Shown: piece by piece, positions 48,210 to 60,929 of the stretch
Position numbering within the stretch: position 1 is the stretch's first letter
Layout: the number at the start of each line of letters is the position of its first letter
Source of the DNA: Toensbergia leucococca
Taxonomy: Eukaryota
Length of the DNA: 64,000 bases
NCBI GenBank assembly: GCA_022813965.1
Contig: JALDZS010000138.1
Coordinates: forward strand, 1 to 64,000
Direction: 5' to 3'
Notes under the pieces: generated by a model
The model's database searches: none
Told to the model about the DNA's origin: nothing
The model's input: only the letters and a program-made list of their open reading frames with translations
Position numbers and translations under genes: made by a program

Positions 48210-49960
48210 ATGGGTCCACTGACAACAGCTTTACTCGTTGTGTTTGTTGCCGCTGCTGCCTCTTTCGTGGTTAAGCTATGGAAAGCTCGAAGCTTTTTTG
48301 CCGGGCTTCAGAAACTAGGCTTGGTGAGAGATGGCCCCTTTGACATCCATCTCAACCCTTGCTTAACAGACTGCAGCCAATGCCGCAACATAGCTTTGCA
48401 GCCGGCCACCTACCAGTCGTCAAAGCCGCTGTCGACACCTACCCTAGCGACGCACACAAGATCTACTCCTTTGGCAAAATCTCACGCTCCTTCTCCAAAT
48501 CCGGGGCTTTCTACCTTGACTTATGGCCACTCAGCGAACCATTCCTCATAGTAACCTCACCAACCTTAGCCAATCAAGCAACACAGTCTACAAGCATTGC
48601 TTATGAGAAGCCCGACGGATTGCGCAATTGGTTTTTGTCTCTTTCTGGTGGAGTAAGCTTATTCGATGCTCCGTCCCAGCAGTGGAAACCGCTGCGTGCT
48701 CTCTTCAGCCCCGGGTTCAGTCAGAGTCATCTGATGACCCTAGTCCCGACCATGGTTGAAGAAACGCTTTTATACTGCGACACTCTTCGCGAGCATGCGC
48801 GAAAAGGAGATATGTTTTGCTTGGACCCCACCACGCTGCGGTTGATGATGGATATGATTGGGAAGATTGTCTTGTGAGTAGGCATGCTATTGTTTTTGAC
48901 TCTGAGTTACTACGGCCCAAGAATTGGTTCGCTGACTCGTAGTGATAGGAATGCGGACCTTCACGCTCAGAAGGGCTACAATGCACTCGCCGATGCCTTG
49001 CTGAACCAAATCCAATGGAAAATATCCAACCAGGAAGTCAATCCCCTTAGTTGGATCAACCTCCCTCGTTGGACAATGGAGTGGTACAATTCTCGACAGA
49101 TGGATGCTTATATTCACAAAGAGTTGGACAGACTTTTCAAAGCTTATCAAAGCAGCAGTGACAATGACAGCAAGCGAGGACAATCTATCGTCGATCTTGC
49201 ATTACGAGATTACATGGGGGAAAATACCAAGACCGATTCTCGAGAACTAGAAACAGACTTTCGAGACTTGATGACAGTGAACGTTCGGATGTTGCTCTTC
49301 GCTGGCGTTGACTCTACCAGTAGTACAATCTGTTATTGCTTCCATCTTCTTCATGCCAATCCGGCGTCTCTCGCTCTTGTGCGTGCAGAACATGACATTG
49401 TCTTCGGTAGTGACATTTCCACTGTTCCATCTGCCGTTTCTAGAGAGCCCCACCTTCTCAACCAACTCCCTTATACCAATGCAGTCATCAAAGAAACCAT
49501 GCGTCTCTTTCCTGCCGCGGCTGGCCTTCGGCAGGGCGCCGCAGGTATTGATTTAATTGACGAGGATGGTACTCGGTACCCTACGGAAAACACTATGATC
49601 TGGATTTTGCATCCGGAGATACATCGCAGTCCTCTTTACTGGCCTCGCCCCACAGAATTTCTCCCTGAGCGTTGGCTTGTTGGGTCCGACGACCCCCTCT
49701 ACCCTAGCAAAGGAGCGTGGCGTCCATTTGAAATGGGGCCTCGGAACTGTATCGGGCAAGGCTTGGTCATGATTGATATCAAGGTTGTCTTGGTGATGAC
49801 GGTGCGGGAATTCGATATAGCGCCTATGTATTCCGAGTTGGATCGGCTTAAGCCGGAATCAGCCAAGAGGACGGTGGAAGGCGAGCGTGTGTACCAGATC
49901 GAGGAAGGGGCAGCCCATCCGGTTCAGCATTACCCATGTAAAGTGACTTTGCGGAGTTGA
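48210..49960 (+). CDS. Cytochrome P450 resembling StcS/VerA-type monooxygenases
   Basis: LFAGVDSTS, KETMR, PERW, heme motif FEMGPRNCIG and terminal YQIEEGAAHP; two introns. Confidence 0.9.
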
Positions 49961-50708
49961 AGTATGCTCCAAGATGTCTGCATATGGCGCAATACGCCTG
50001 TCCATCTCCTACACCATGTTCATCAAGTACCTGTCGGTCTAACATGCTGAAACTGGGGTTCGCCGACGGGATTCACGGAGAAGGTTGCTGACGGCGTAGG
50101 CATATGCGAGGTCGAGATTGAGCTTGAGGTTGGATTTGAGGCTGTACAAAGCTTATTTGTACGACTTCGGATATGCGCTAATGATGGAGGCTAAGGTAGT
50201 CGAATCCATCCTTACATGGATAAATTATGGATTACACTGATTGGACTTTCATCAGAGACACAGCCCCATAGCCTTCTCCTTCTGTTCAAAAATCCTACCT
50301 TCCGGATACCCCGATGGTGCATGGAGGATCACCGAGAAAGATCGAGGCCTAGACCCGAATGTAGCTCTTGGCAGTGCATGACATGGTTTAGCCCCAGTCA
50401 ACGTCGACAGAAATCACGTACCATGATATCAATTCAAAGTAAGGTATTCTGTGCCACCTAAAGCACCCTGTCGATGTGATCTAGTCTGCTTAGCAATAAT
50501 CACGAGTTATTGGGCTGCCGCTATGCTTTTCAGAAATAGATCAATTGTCTTCTCCGCCTCGTCGCCGGCTCAAATTTGTACAAGTGTCTAGCTTGAAGAC
50601 GTCCTGGTGTATCACGTTCAAAGCGCAGCACCTTTCAATTTCTGTTCTTTCACTTGGCCTTCTTTCTGACTGCCTGTTCCTCTTGATCTCATTATATTCA
50701 AATTCACT

Positions 50709-52641
50709 ATGGAGAATAACACCTTTCTTGAAGTTGTTTCGACTTTCTCTCCGAGTGACGAGATCTTACCTCATCCTAATATTTCATATTATTTGTACAT
50801 TGTTGCAGTCCTAATTCCATGTTTACTCTTTCACTTTAAGCCCCCAAAGCAAGCAAAGAGCCATGGTTCCGACAAAGTTCCCCAACCATACCCATATCTT
50901 ATTCCTGTACTCGCCCACGCCGTCCCATTCGCCTGGAATACCCCAAGATTTGTAACCAACGTTGCGTACGTCTACATTCCCTGCTACGTTCGTCCTTTTT
51001 CAACTAAAAGCCCATACCAGGAGGCGCTGCAACGGCAACCCAACCCAGCTCCGTCTCTTCATCACAAACATGTTCCTCTTAACCAGCCCCAAAGACATAA
51101 TAGCCCTATTCACCCAATCCTCCCAAACCACGAACATGCCCTACCGCCGCCTAGCCGTGGGCAAGATGTTCAAGATGCCCCAAAAAGCCAACAACCTGTT
51201 CCTATCCGATGACTCGGGACTAGCCAGCAAGCCGCGTCCAGGAAGTAGCACCAAACCCGAAGAACGAATAAACCATCCCACCCATACAAGCTTGATGAGA
51301 TTGCTTACCGGCCCGGGGCTCAAGCCGCTAGTCGCTCGTTTCGCCGAATTCTTTCCGCGGAATCTTGCCAACGCCAATATCAGTCACCACTGGATGGAGT
51401 TTCCGGACCTCTTTTCTTTCATGAGGGAGCTGATGCTAAAGTCCACAGCCGAAGCCATCTTCGGACCCAATCTCCTAGCACTCAATCCGAACCTATGCCG
51501 AGATCTGTTGGAATACGACACCGGTGTGTCTGCCATTGCCAAGGGCGTACCACGGTGGATGTCACCGCGAGTCTATCAGGCTCGTGATAAATGCTTGGAA
51601 GCGTTTAAGAAGTACCATTGCTTCCTTCGTGAGCATCCAGAGTATTTGAGAGCCACGGGGAGCGAGACTGGTTACGATACGGTAGGCGGTGCAGAAATCG
51701 TCCGAATGAGACAAAACCTATGGTCGAACTTTGCAATCATGGACGCCAACGCCCAAGCATCCGAAGACTTTGGCTTTTTATGGGGGTAAGTGTCTAGCAC
51801 AGCTCCTTTGTCACACGGCACGATCCCCTCGTCAATCAAATTCACTAAGCAAAAACAATCCAGCGCAAACCACAACGCCAGCCACACGGCCTTCTGGCTC
51901 CTATGCGACATGCTCCTCAACCCCCGCATCCTCTCCCGTTTCCGCTCCACCATCCACGACTCCAAAACTCCCGCAGATTCCCCATTCGACGCCCTCACCC
52001 TCACCAAATCCCCCTACCTCTCCTCCCTCTACGCCGAAACCCTCCGCCTCCGCAGCGCCGACACCATCCTCCGCGAACCAACCTATCAAAACCTCCGCAT
52101 CGGTCCCTGGCTCTTCCCACGCGCAGAGACAATCGCCATCTCAATCTGGACGACTCACAACGACGAGAAGGCCTGGAACACAGGCTCGGCCGCCGATCCG
52201 CACCCACTGCGCTCTTTCTGGGACGAGCGCTTCCTAGTCTCCGCAGACGGCCGCCTGGCCGGCCCTGCCAAATCAAACCCACAGCAGCAGCATCATCATC
52301 CGAGTCCTCAGCTCGAGACACCACCCGCAGACGACCCTCCTCCTACATCCGCTTCCAAGCCCTCACCCACCTCATACTCCTCCTCCTCCTCAGCAATATC
52401 CTTTTCCACCATCGGCCTCGACGGCATCTTCATCCCCTACGGCGGCGGCCAAGCCATGTGTCCCGGCCGCATGTTCGCCAAGCAAGAGATCTTATTCACG
52501 CTAGCCGTGTTGCTAGATGAATACGACATCGAGATGGGGGGAGGAAGGGCGCCAGAGATTGATTTCCGGAGTTTTGGGACGGGGACCTTGGCGCCGGGGG
52601 GGAGGACGGCGTTTCGGATCCGGAAGAGGGCGGCTGTCTGA
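50709..52641 (+). CDS. Cytochrome P450, paralog of 42558-44508
   Basis: YPYLIPVLAH, LYAETLR, FWDERF and heme motif IPYGGGQAMCPG; the intron after DFGFLW sits where the paralog's does. Confidence 0.88.
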
Positions 52642-53582
52642 GGGAAATTGAAATGCTCTAGGGGTTCTTGTGGGTGGCTTTTGGCAGGGTTGGGTTGGAT
52701 GAAGAGGCTTTTGTGTTTCCGAGGGCGGAGAGCCAAGGGAGGGCCTCGGGAATTGATGTGTGAGCTGGCTGTTGAAAATGCAAAAAAATGGAGTCTCGCA
52801 AAGAGAACTTAATACCTTTCCGCATACTCCCCCCTTTCTCCTCTTTCCTTTCCACATAACCCTAGCATCTCCGACCTATAAACCCACGACACCCTACTTG
52901 TCCAAAGACCGCTTCCAATTCCGACCCTCCGCTCTCCCAACCCCAACCCCACTACCACCAAATCCCCCCTCCCTCATTTCTCAGAAAACTCCCCATACTC
53001 CTTCTCAAAAACAAATCGCTTCTCTCTTCCGCTCCCGGCTTCAGGGCACATATCCATGAATCATCATACAAGAGAAAGGTTTGAGAACTGATTAGGTGCG
53101 GCATATCAGAAATGACGCAAAGTACTTACTTGACTGAGGAGAATTGATGTTGAGAGAATGAATCTGTGATGAGGTGAAGAGAGTGAGGGCGTTAGGTTTT
53201 CTGATCTATGAAGGGGTGTATGAGAAAGTGAATACATGAGACTGATACGCGCTGTTGAGAGTGTGTGAAATGATGAAGCTGATCTCTTATCATGGTTTTC
53301 AAGTGCTGTTGAGAGGGGTAGATCTTGTATTATTTCTCAAGGAGGTCAAAAAAGGGTGAATGAAGATGAGAAGGGTTAATATAGTCTAATGATAGTTGAA
53401 ACAAGCATCAGTCTTTGCTTGAAGGGGAACTCAAAACTCAGCGCGGTCATTAATGATCAAGAATCTCATAGCATTAGACTCTGCCGCTGTCCTGTGAAAA
53501 AGAATTGCTCCAATGAAACTATCATCAACACGAATAATATGCTCTATCTATGGTCTTCTCAAGTGGGTCTTAAATTGCTTCA

Positions 53583-54575
53583 TTAATAAAGTGCGATGAC
53601 CAGCAGAAGTAGCAAGATTCTCGTGCTCCAAGAAAGCCTAGCCCCGCTTGAGCTCACTCTAGTTGTACTAGCGGCTGGTGTTGTCGATGCTGCAGCCGGA
53701 GCGACGGAGAGAATGGTCATTTGGACTGTTGTGCTGACAGTCTGGGTCGCCTGCGCTTTGGTGATTAGGACCTTTGGGCTGAGAGTCTGAGTGGCCTGTG
53801 GCTCAGTGATTTGAATTGTTGTGCTGACAGTCTGGGCCACCTGCGGTTTGGTGATTAAGACCGTTGCGCTGAGAGTCTGGGTGGCCTGTGGCTCAGTGAT
53901 TGGGATTATCGTGCCGACAGTCTGGGTTACCTGCGGTTTCATGATTGAGATCGTTTCGCTGAGAGTCTGGGTGGCCTGTGGCTCAGTGATTGAGATTGTC
54001 GTGCTGAGAGTCTGGGTCACCTGCGGTTTGGTGATTGAGATCGTTGCGCTAACAGTCTGGGTAGCCTGTGGCTCAGTGATTGAGGTCGTCGTGCTGACGG
54101 TCTGGGCCATCAGTGACTCAGCACTGTCTTGGTCTGACACTGAAGAGAGAGGCGGGACACCAAAGGCCAAATGTGTCACGAGAGTTGAAGGGTTGAAAAA
54201 GGTAGATGACGTGCTAGGATAGTATGTTGTGGTGCTAAATTGATTATATCCTGGGTTTATATCACCTCGGGCAGCGTCATGGGTAGCGGTGGAAGGTGAT
54301 ACAGTATATGACGGCGCAACCATGATAAAACCGATCACAGAGTTGGCCACAGAGCTGGCCTTGAAGTTGGAAGCTTGAGCTTGCTCAGCACTAGTTATGG
54401 AGGCCATTGTTCGCGGTGATGTTGGAGTGTAAGTAGCTGTGTATGATGGCGCGCTTAGTTCTGCGTCAAAGGAGCGAATATGATTGGATATCGATATTAG
54501 AGCGTAAGGTTCCGTGTATGTTGGTGCGATGGAACTAGGAAACTTGGAGACAGGGAGATGAAAGAGTCCGGACAT
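53583..54575 (-). CDS. Ser/Thr-rich tandem-repeat protein with putative GPI signal (adhesin/mucin-like)
   Basis: 330-aa ORF, ~9 copies of a 15-aa unit, C-terminal SSSGARLSWSTRILLLLLVIALY; no obvious signal peptide at the ORF start. Confidence 0.65.
   Translation of the reverse strand: MSGLFHLPVSKFPSSIAPTYTEPYALISISNHIRSFDAELSAPSYTATYTPTSPRTMASITSAEQAQASNFKASSVANSVIGFIMVAPSYTVSPSTATHDAARGDINPGYNQFSTTTYYPSTSSTFFNPSTLVTHLAFGVPPLSSVSDQDSAESLMAQTVSTTTSITEPQATQTVSATISITKPQVTQTLSTTISITEPQATQTLSETISIMKPQVTQTVGTIIPITEPQATQTLSATVLITKPQVAQTVSTTIQITEPQATQTLSPKVLITKAQATQTVSTTVQMTILSVAPAAASTTPAASTTRVSSSGARLSWSTRILLLLLVIALY
53720..54110 (-). repeat. 45-bp coding tandem repeat (ITEPQATQTLSxTxx / ITKPQVxQTVSTTIx)
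   Basis: Alternating units give a higher-order 90-bp periodicity. Confidence 0.85.
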
Positions 54576-55201
54576 GAGGGTGCAGGTGGGTAAAGGATGG
54601 GGTATTCTGAAGTATAGCTAGACTTACTGTAATGTATATGAAACATTCGAATCAAATCTTGATACATTCCTAAGGTAAGCTTCTTCATTGAAGTGGGGTT
54701 AGGCTGAATGCGCGGGAGAGATATGACTGACTTATTTTCAGTGGCATACATTTCTTTGCTCTCCTTGATTGGTAGCAGACCCGCATTGGCGCATGTGGCG
54801 CGTACAGATCAAAGAGAAATATATCCTTTGAATGACCGCTTGACGTTACACAGCAAGTCCCCAAGTGGGCGTGTCAGGAGCGGACATGTTGATGATAGGT
54901 CTCGAGACCAAGCCAGCACGACATCCTAAGGCCATTCCAAACATGGCTTCACTCCACATGTGCAGGTCAGGCAAAGCATTCCCCTTTTATTCTCGCTGCC
55001 ACACTCAAAGACCCTCGATACGCAATTACATGCGCCCTGCCGAGCTTCTTTGGCCTGCGTAGTCTTTTCCTCAATTTTGTGGCATGCTTTTTTCCTGTCC
55101 AATTTTGCAAGGAATCATATACTACCTATGACATGCCCTGGGCCTCGCCGACCTACCAAACGTTAAAGTGCAGTGCCGTTCTTTCAGATGAGTAGACATG
55201 C

Positions 55202-57086
55202 ATGGCGATCATGAGTTGTCTACTCGCAGAACAGGAGTCAGAGACATTGCCGGATGCAGATAATGGTCCCCTGCCCGTGCTTGTCAAGCCGTCATTCTTT
55301 TCGAAAATTTTCTCCACACCCAAGCAATCTTTGTCGACTATCAAACACATATGTTCCTCACTCACCGAATTTATATCCTCGCTTTACTCAGTTTGGGCCA
55401 CGAATTGGTGGGCTCTGGAACTTCTAGGTTGGCTCTCGGCAGCATGGTCCCTTAGCATGATTGTGCTTACGCTTTATCTACACCAAGACAAGCCTTTGCC
55501 GCAGTGGCCATGCGATATCACACTGAATTCATTGCTTTCGGTTCTTTCTCAGCTTGGCCAATGGGGCCTGATGGGAAGCGTTGCGAAAGCGATAGGCCAG
55601 CTGAAATGGTTATGGTTCACACAAATAAAGAGGCCTTTAACAGACTTCGTAGCATTCGATGAGGCTTCTATAGGTCCCTGGGGAAGCTTCCTTCTGTTGG
55701 TCAAAGGCTGGTTGATGTCCGTATTCGCCTTGCCACGCAGGATGGCGTGATAGACTCAGCTGATCTGGATGCTAGGCACTGGGTCTCGCTCGGCGCTTTA
55801 ATTGTCATCGTGACCCAAGCATTCCAGCCGATTGTACAGCAAGCCGTAACATATCCAATACGCTTGCAGCATTCCGGTATCTCAACCGTTACTCGAAGTG
55901 TGGATTTCCGAGATGTTGACGGTCTGAATTCTAACGGTACGTCTGTGTTCGAGTCGAATCAGAGGCATGCTAACCATTTAAAGTCAATAAAACCTATCTT
56001 ATCAATCCCATGAAAGCGAGTATCTACAATGGCCTATACAATTCGAATGTTGCCCTTTCAGATTTATCAGCTTCATGTAAATCGGGTAATTGCACCTGGC
56101 CAGTATACTCTTCTCTTGCTATCTGTGCATCCACAGCAGACGTCACCACCTCACTGCAAAGTTCTTGCTCGACCCTCGATCCAAACAATGCAATTACTCA
56201 CTTTCGAGTGGAGACTCTCTAGCAGGCATGAACGACGTTATTAGTCTTTTAGCGACAAATGACAGTACATCTGCCTCTATTGCATTTGCACAGACGAGCC
56301 CTGTCATTGATTTCTACACATTTCTGATATGAGCTAGGACATTCCGACCTCTTCTTTTGGAGTCAGCTCTACACCTCTGCGTGCAAAGCTACAACACATC
56401 AGTCATTAGCGGTAAGACTGAAACAAAGGAACTTACATCTTGGAGTAATCTCAACTCGACACTAGATTACGTCGTCAAAGTCCCTGATGATGATACCCAG
56501 TACGTGATGTCAAGATACTCCGTTATCACGATGAATGACTTCCTCAGGAATATCATGCAAGGCCGTTACACGGTTATTAACGGTAACCCCATTTATGAAT
56601 CCGATGCTATTGAAGTCCTAGTTGATACGCTCCTGGTGGAGCCGTATGACCTAGCAGCTATGGTGAAATTTTTGAATGGACTAGCGACAAGTATGACAAA
56701 TACGTAAGCTCGTATTTCATCATCAGTGAAACACTGTTACTGACATTGTCTGTAGTCTTCGATCTGGTAATTGGAGCGAGATCGTAAATGGAACTTCTTA
56801 CTCCCAGGTAAACTACGTCAAAGTTAGATGGCCTTGGCTCATCGTACCGGCAGCGGTCCTTTTACTCTCGCTCCTATTTCTTGTCGCAACGATGAGGCAA
56901 AGTTCTCAAATGAACGTCAAGCCTTGGAAGACGTCCACCTTGGCAACGTTGCAGGGACTGAGCGGTGCTTTACATAATGAGCTCGGGTCCCTTGACACAG
57001 AATCAAGGATGGAAGAGGAAGCCGAAAGGCGGCTTGTGCAATTGAAAAAGGAAAACAATGGGTGGCGACTTGTGGAACACAAATAA
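55202..57086 (+). pseudogene. DUF3176-type membrane protein with frameshift and premature stop
   Basis: NWWALE, ITLNSLLSVLS, IGQLKWLWF..FDEASIGPWGS, CKSGNCTW, VKVRWPWL and PWKTSTLA motifs; frame change near 56180 and TGA at 56330-56332. Confidence 0.7.
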
Positions 57087-58828
57087 CTGTCGGGTAGGCG
57101 GCAAGCTTTGAGCCAACATACATTCAATAATCCGGGGTTCTTGAGGCCTACCGGAGAGATATGTACTTGGTTTGCAGAACCTTCACGGCTCTGCAAGAGA
57201 CTGAACTGATTGTTCTTCGGCCCTCCGATATCTGTTCTGTGTTTAGTGCAAGATGATTTACCAGAGATTTCTCAGCATAGAGCTCCACCATAAGCAGTAT
57301 CCAACTTGCAAATATGTCGCCGCAATTTCCACAAAGATATAATTGGTGAGCATGGTCACTGGACTGCATATAGCTCTGACTTAACCCCATTCAGGTGTAT
57401 TGTGTCGAAACATTATCCTCAGCCTGCATAGCGACCTCTATCACTGAGACAGTAGTATAAAGTCATCGTCATCATCCATCATGTCCTTGTGGCGAAAAAC
57501 CAAAGCAGGTGTTTTATAGAGATGGCAACCGGAACTTATCTTAGTAGGAGTAGGCAGAGGAGGCCTTGGGATCCGGACGGAGACGTTGGCCTTGGGGAGG
57601 GGGGGTCGAGAAGTGGGACTTGGTGATGGAGTCGACGAGGTAGACGAGCTAGTAGGCATAGACAAACAGGAGGGGCGGAGGGGGATGCCGTGATTCAAGT
57701 AGATAGCGGACTGCTGTGATTCAAGTAGATAGCGGACTACTTCCGAAGTTCAGGTTGTGAGTCGGTCTTCAGTGTGATGGAGGTAGATGGCATTCCACAG
57801 AGGTGGAGGGATCAGTCGGAATTTAGTGCAGATTCTTTGTTTCGCTAGCTCTAGAATAAATACCACGCTAACATCCTATGATGTTTTCTTACGGTATTTA
57901 AAGCCAAAACTCCAAGATGCCGACAAGCCTCGAACGGCCCTGGAGATGTTTGCAGGTCTCTCACCCCAGGAATCAGAAGCCTACAAATTGTGCCAGTCAA
58001 GATACCGCCACTAAGGCTGTGTCGACCTCTATCATCTCGTTAGCCAGTGAGTCCCTTACCTTGAACCCCATTCAGGCGGACGGGATCACTGGACGAGCAG
58101 CTACCTGAGTACCGGCCTCTAAGATAACCGTGGCTTGATAGAGAAAATCCATTCTCCTATCTCCTTCACCACTGCCATTTCACCCAATGAGAGAAAGCAA
58201 AGCTCCAATCATCCTATCAAGTCTATTTTGTCCACCGGACGTCCTCGGAATATCCTACATTGATCACCGCATCTGGCATACGCGTTCGGCGTTACTGCAG
58301 CCAATCCGTTCAAGTAAAAAAGCAGACCCACAGCCAGCTCATACATGTCTGTGCACTGCAGTATGGATCCAGACAGCTATGCATGAGCAATATATTTGGT
58401 TGGATGAGAAATGTATCTCATTCCATATGTGTGCGATAGAATAAATCTGAATTCGGTGAAGCCTCCAGTCACGATAATTCAACATGCGAGTATCAAATCG
58501 TCAGATTTATTTCCTCCAACATACCCAGGAGCTCCAAGGTCCTGCAAGAGCACAGCAAATGAGGGCATTTGAAGCCCCGTGCGGCTCCTTGACGAATTCA
58601 ATCCAATGTCTCCACATATCGTGTTGAAATGCAGCCTCAGTCATGATTTCAAAGTACTGTTACACAAGACTTGCCATATCCAGCATTCCTACGATGACCC
58701 TTGACTCGCATCTACGTGTGTAACATCAATAGGTGTAAAACGCACTTCTCGCACAATTTGATAAAAATTGGTCGCAATCTTGTTTCACCATACAGTATCA
58801 CAATTTTTTGGGTATCTTCAATGCAACC

Positions 58829-60929
58829 ATGTCATTTCAAAATGAGAACACAGACAAAGGCAATGTGAGCCACGCTATTGTTGGCACCTCGATGAGGAAT
58901 AATGAGGCCATGATGTCGCAGCAGACGAAAGATGGCACAGTAATGGCGCGAGCTGGAAAGAAACAGCAATTGAGGGTAGGCGCTTGACTATGATCTTAAA
59001 GCGAGGAGCGGCGTGACTCTGACCCGTTAAAAGCGACACTTCGGGCTCATCTCGAGTTTAGCCTTCTCCGCGACTTTGCTGGCATCATGGGAGGCTGTCG
59101 CAGGGTTCGTACTCCAGGTGTTAAATTCTCCAATCTTCATTGACTCACTCTTTTTGTTCAAGTACCTTTCAAGCAGGCCTCATCAACGGTGGTTCGGTCT
59201 CTTTGGTATATGGCTTTATTCTGGCATTTTGTGGATCAATGGCATTGGCTGCTTCCTTGGCAGAGATGGCCTCGATGTGAGCTACTCGAAATTGACTTGA
59301 TGAAAACCGAGATTGAGAGAGAGTCACTCAGGATACCGATCGCGGGAGCGCAGTATCACTGGACGGCAGTATTTGCACCGCCGCGGTACTCAGCCTTCAT
59401 CAGCTGGATTCAAGGTATGGTTGGCCAGGGACGCTGGAAAATATCGTTGACAATCATTCATGACAATCAGGATGGATCACCGTCCTTGCGTGGCAGGGCG
59501 CTACCACCAGTTTTACCTTCCTGATGGCGACTCAGATTCAAGGACTTCTCGTCCTGAACTATCCCGATTACGTTTTCCAACGGTATCACGGCACTTTACT
59601 CATGTGGGCTGTTGTGTTGCTCGGTCTCTTGATCAACGTTTTCGGTATTGCAATACTGCCACACATCGGAACTGTCTCTGGGCTTTGTCACTTGGCGTTC
59701 TACTTTGCTCTTTTAATTCCTCTGGTCTACTTGGCGCCTAAAAAGTCCGCCTCCTTTGTTTTCACTAGCTTTCAGAACAACAGTGGATGGAGTAGTGATG
59801 GTGTCAGTTGGTGTGTTGGATTGTTGACCATGGTGTTCTCTCTTGTTGGTAAGTACTCGTCAGATAGTGGTCTCGTTATAATGCTGATTCTGCCATAGGC
59901 TTTGATGGTGTGGTTCATATGAGTTTGTGACCACACAAGATTCGTTTTAGATGTCTTCCCATGGGCTGACAATCACTTTTATCAAGGCGAAGAGATCGAG
60001 AATGCAGCTGTCACAGTACCTAGGACTCTCATGTTCTCACTCATAACCAACGGTGTCATGGCATTCAGCTTCTTGATTGCTCTTCTGTTCTGTGTTGGTA
60101 ATGTTGAGAATGCGTTGAACACTCCCACTGGTGAGCTGCCATGCGCTTTCATGTCTTCTGTCGCCAGTCATATAATCGCTCATTGATCAAAGTACTGACG
60201 CCGAGAAGGTTATCCAATCATCGAGATATTTTACCAAGCAACCAATTCTGCCAGGGCCGCTTCGGCCATGATGAGCGCACTCATCATCATCTGTTTCGCG
60301 TCTGGTCTTACGGTCCTAGCGTCGTCATCTCGTTTGACGTGGGCCTTTGCTCGCGATAATGGACTGCCATTTGCGAAGTTCTTCAGCCATGTGGGTTTCG
60401 TCTTTCATCTCTACCTTCACTGTCAAAAGTCGCCTAGCAAACGCCTTTACTTGATATAGTACTAACCCTAAGACAAATGACTTAGGTGGACCCCTACTAT
60501 AGAATTCCTATCCGTTCCCTCGTGCTTGTAAGCATTGTGACAATGCTCCTTGCTCTACTCAACATTGCATCCACAACGGCTTTCAACGCGATTCTCTCTC
60601 TAACAACTTTTGCTATTTGCGTCTCCTACATCATCCCCATCACTCTTCTCCTCATCAAGAAGCTCAAGGGTCACGAAATAGAGTACGGACCATTCAATCT
60701 CGGCCGGGCTGGTCTCTATATCAACATTTTCGCTGTAGTCTATGGCGTTTTCGTATGTATGTTCCTGCCGTTTCCACCCCAGGAGCCTGTCACAGCGATC
60801 AACATGAATTATGCAAGTCCCGTCTTTGGGGCTGTCCTGATCTTTAGTGTGGTCTATTGGTTCTTGCAGGGGAGAAACAAGTTTACGGGTCCCATAAGAG
60901 AGGTGGATGAAGTGATGGAGGAGAAGTAG
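58829..60929 (+). CDS. APC-family amino acid/choline/GABA permease (Hnm1/Uga4-like)
   Basis: GKKQQLR|RHFGL, GLINGGS, SLAEMAS|PIAGAQYHW, GFDGVVHM|EEI, SRLTWAFARDNGLPF and MNYASPV motifs; many introns. Confidence 0.9.

Noticed and set aside
57690..57740. ~26-bp direct duplication (tcaagtagatagcggact x2)
   Set aside because: Only two copies, a simple local duplication with no array structure.
57787..58444. Possible gene remnant upstream of the permease
   Set aside because: Fragments too short and not assignable.
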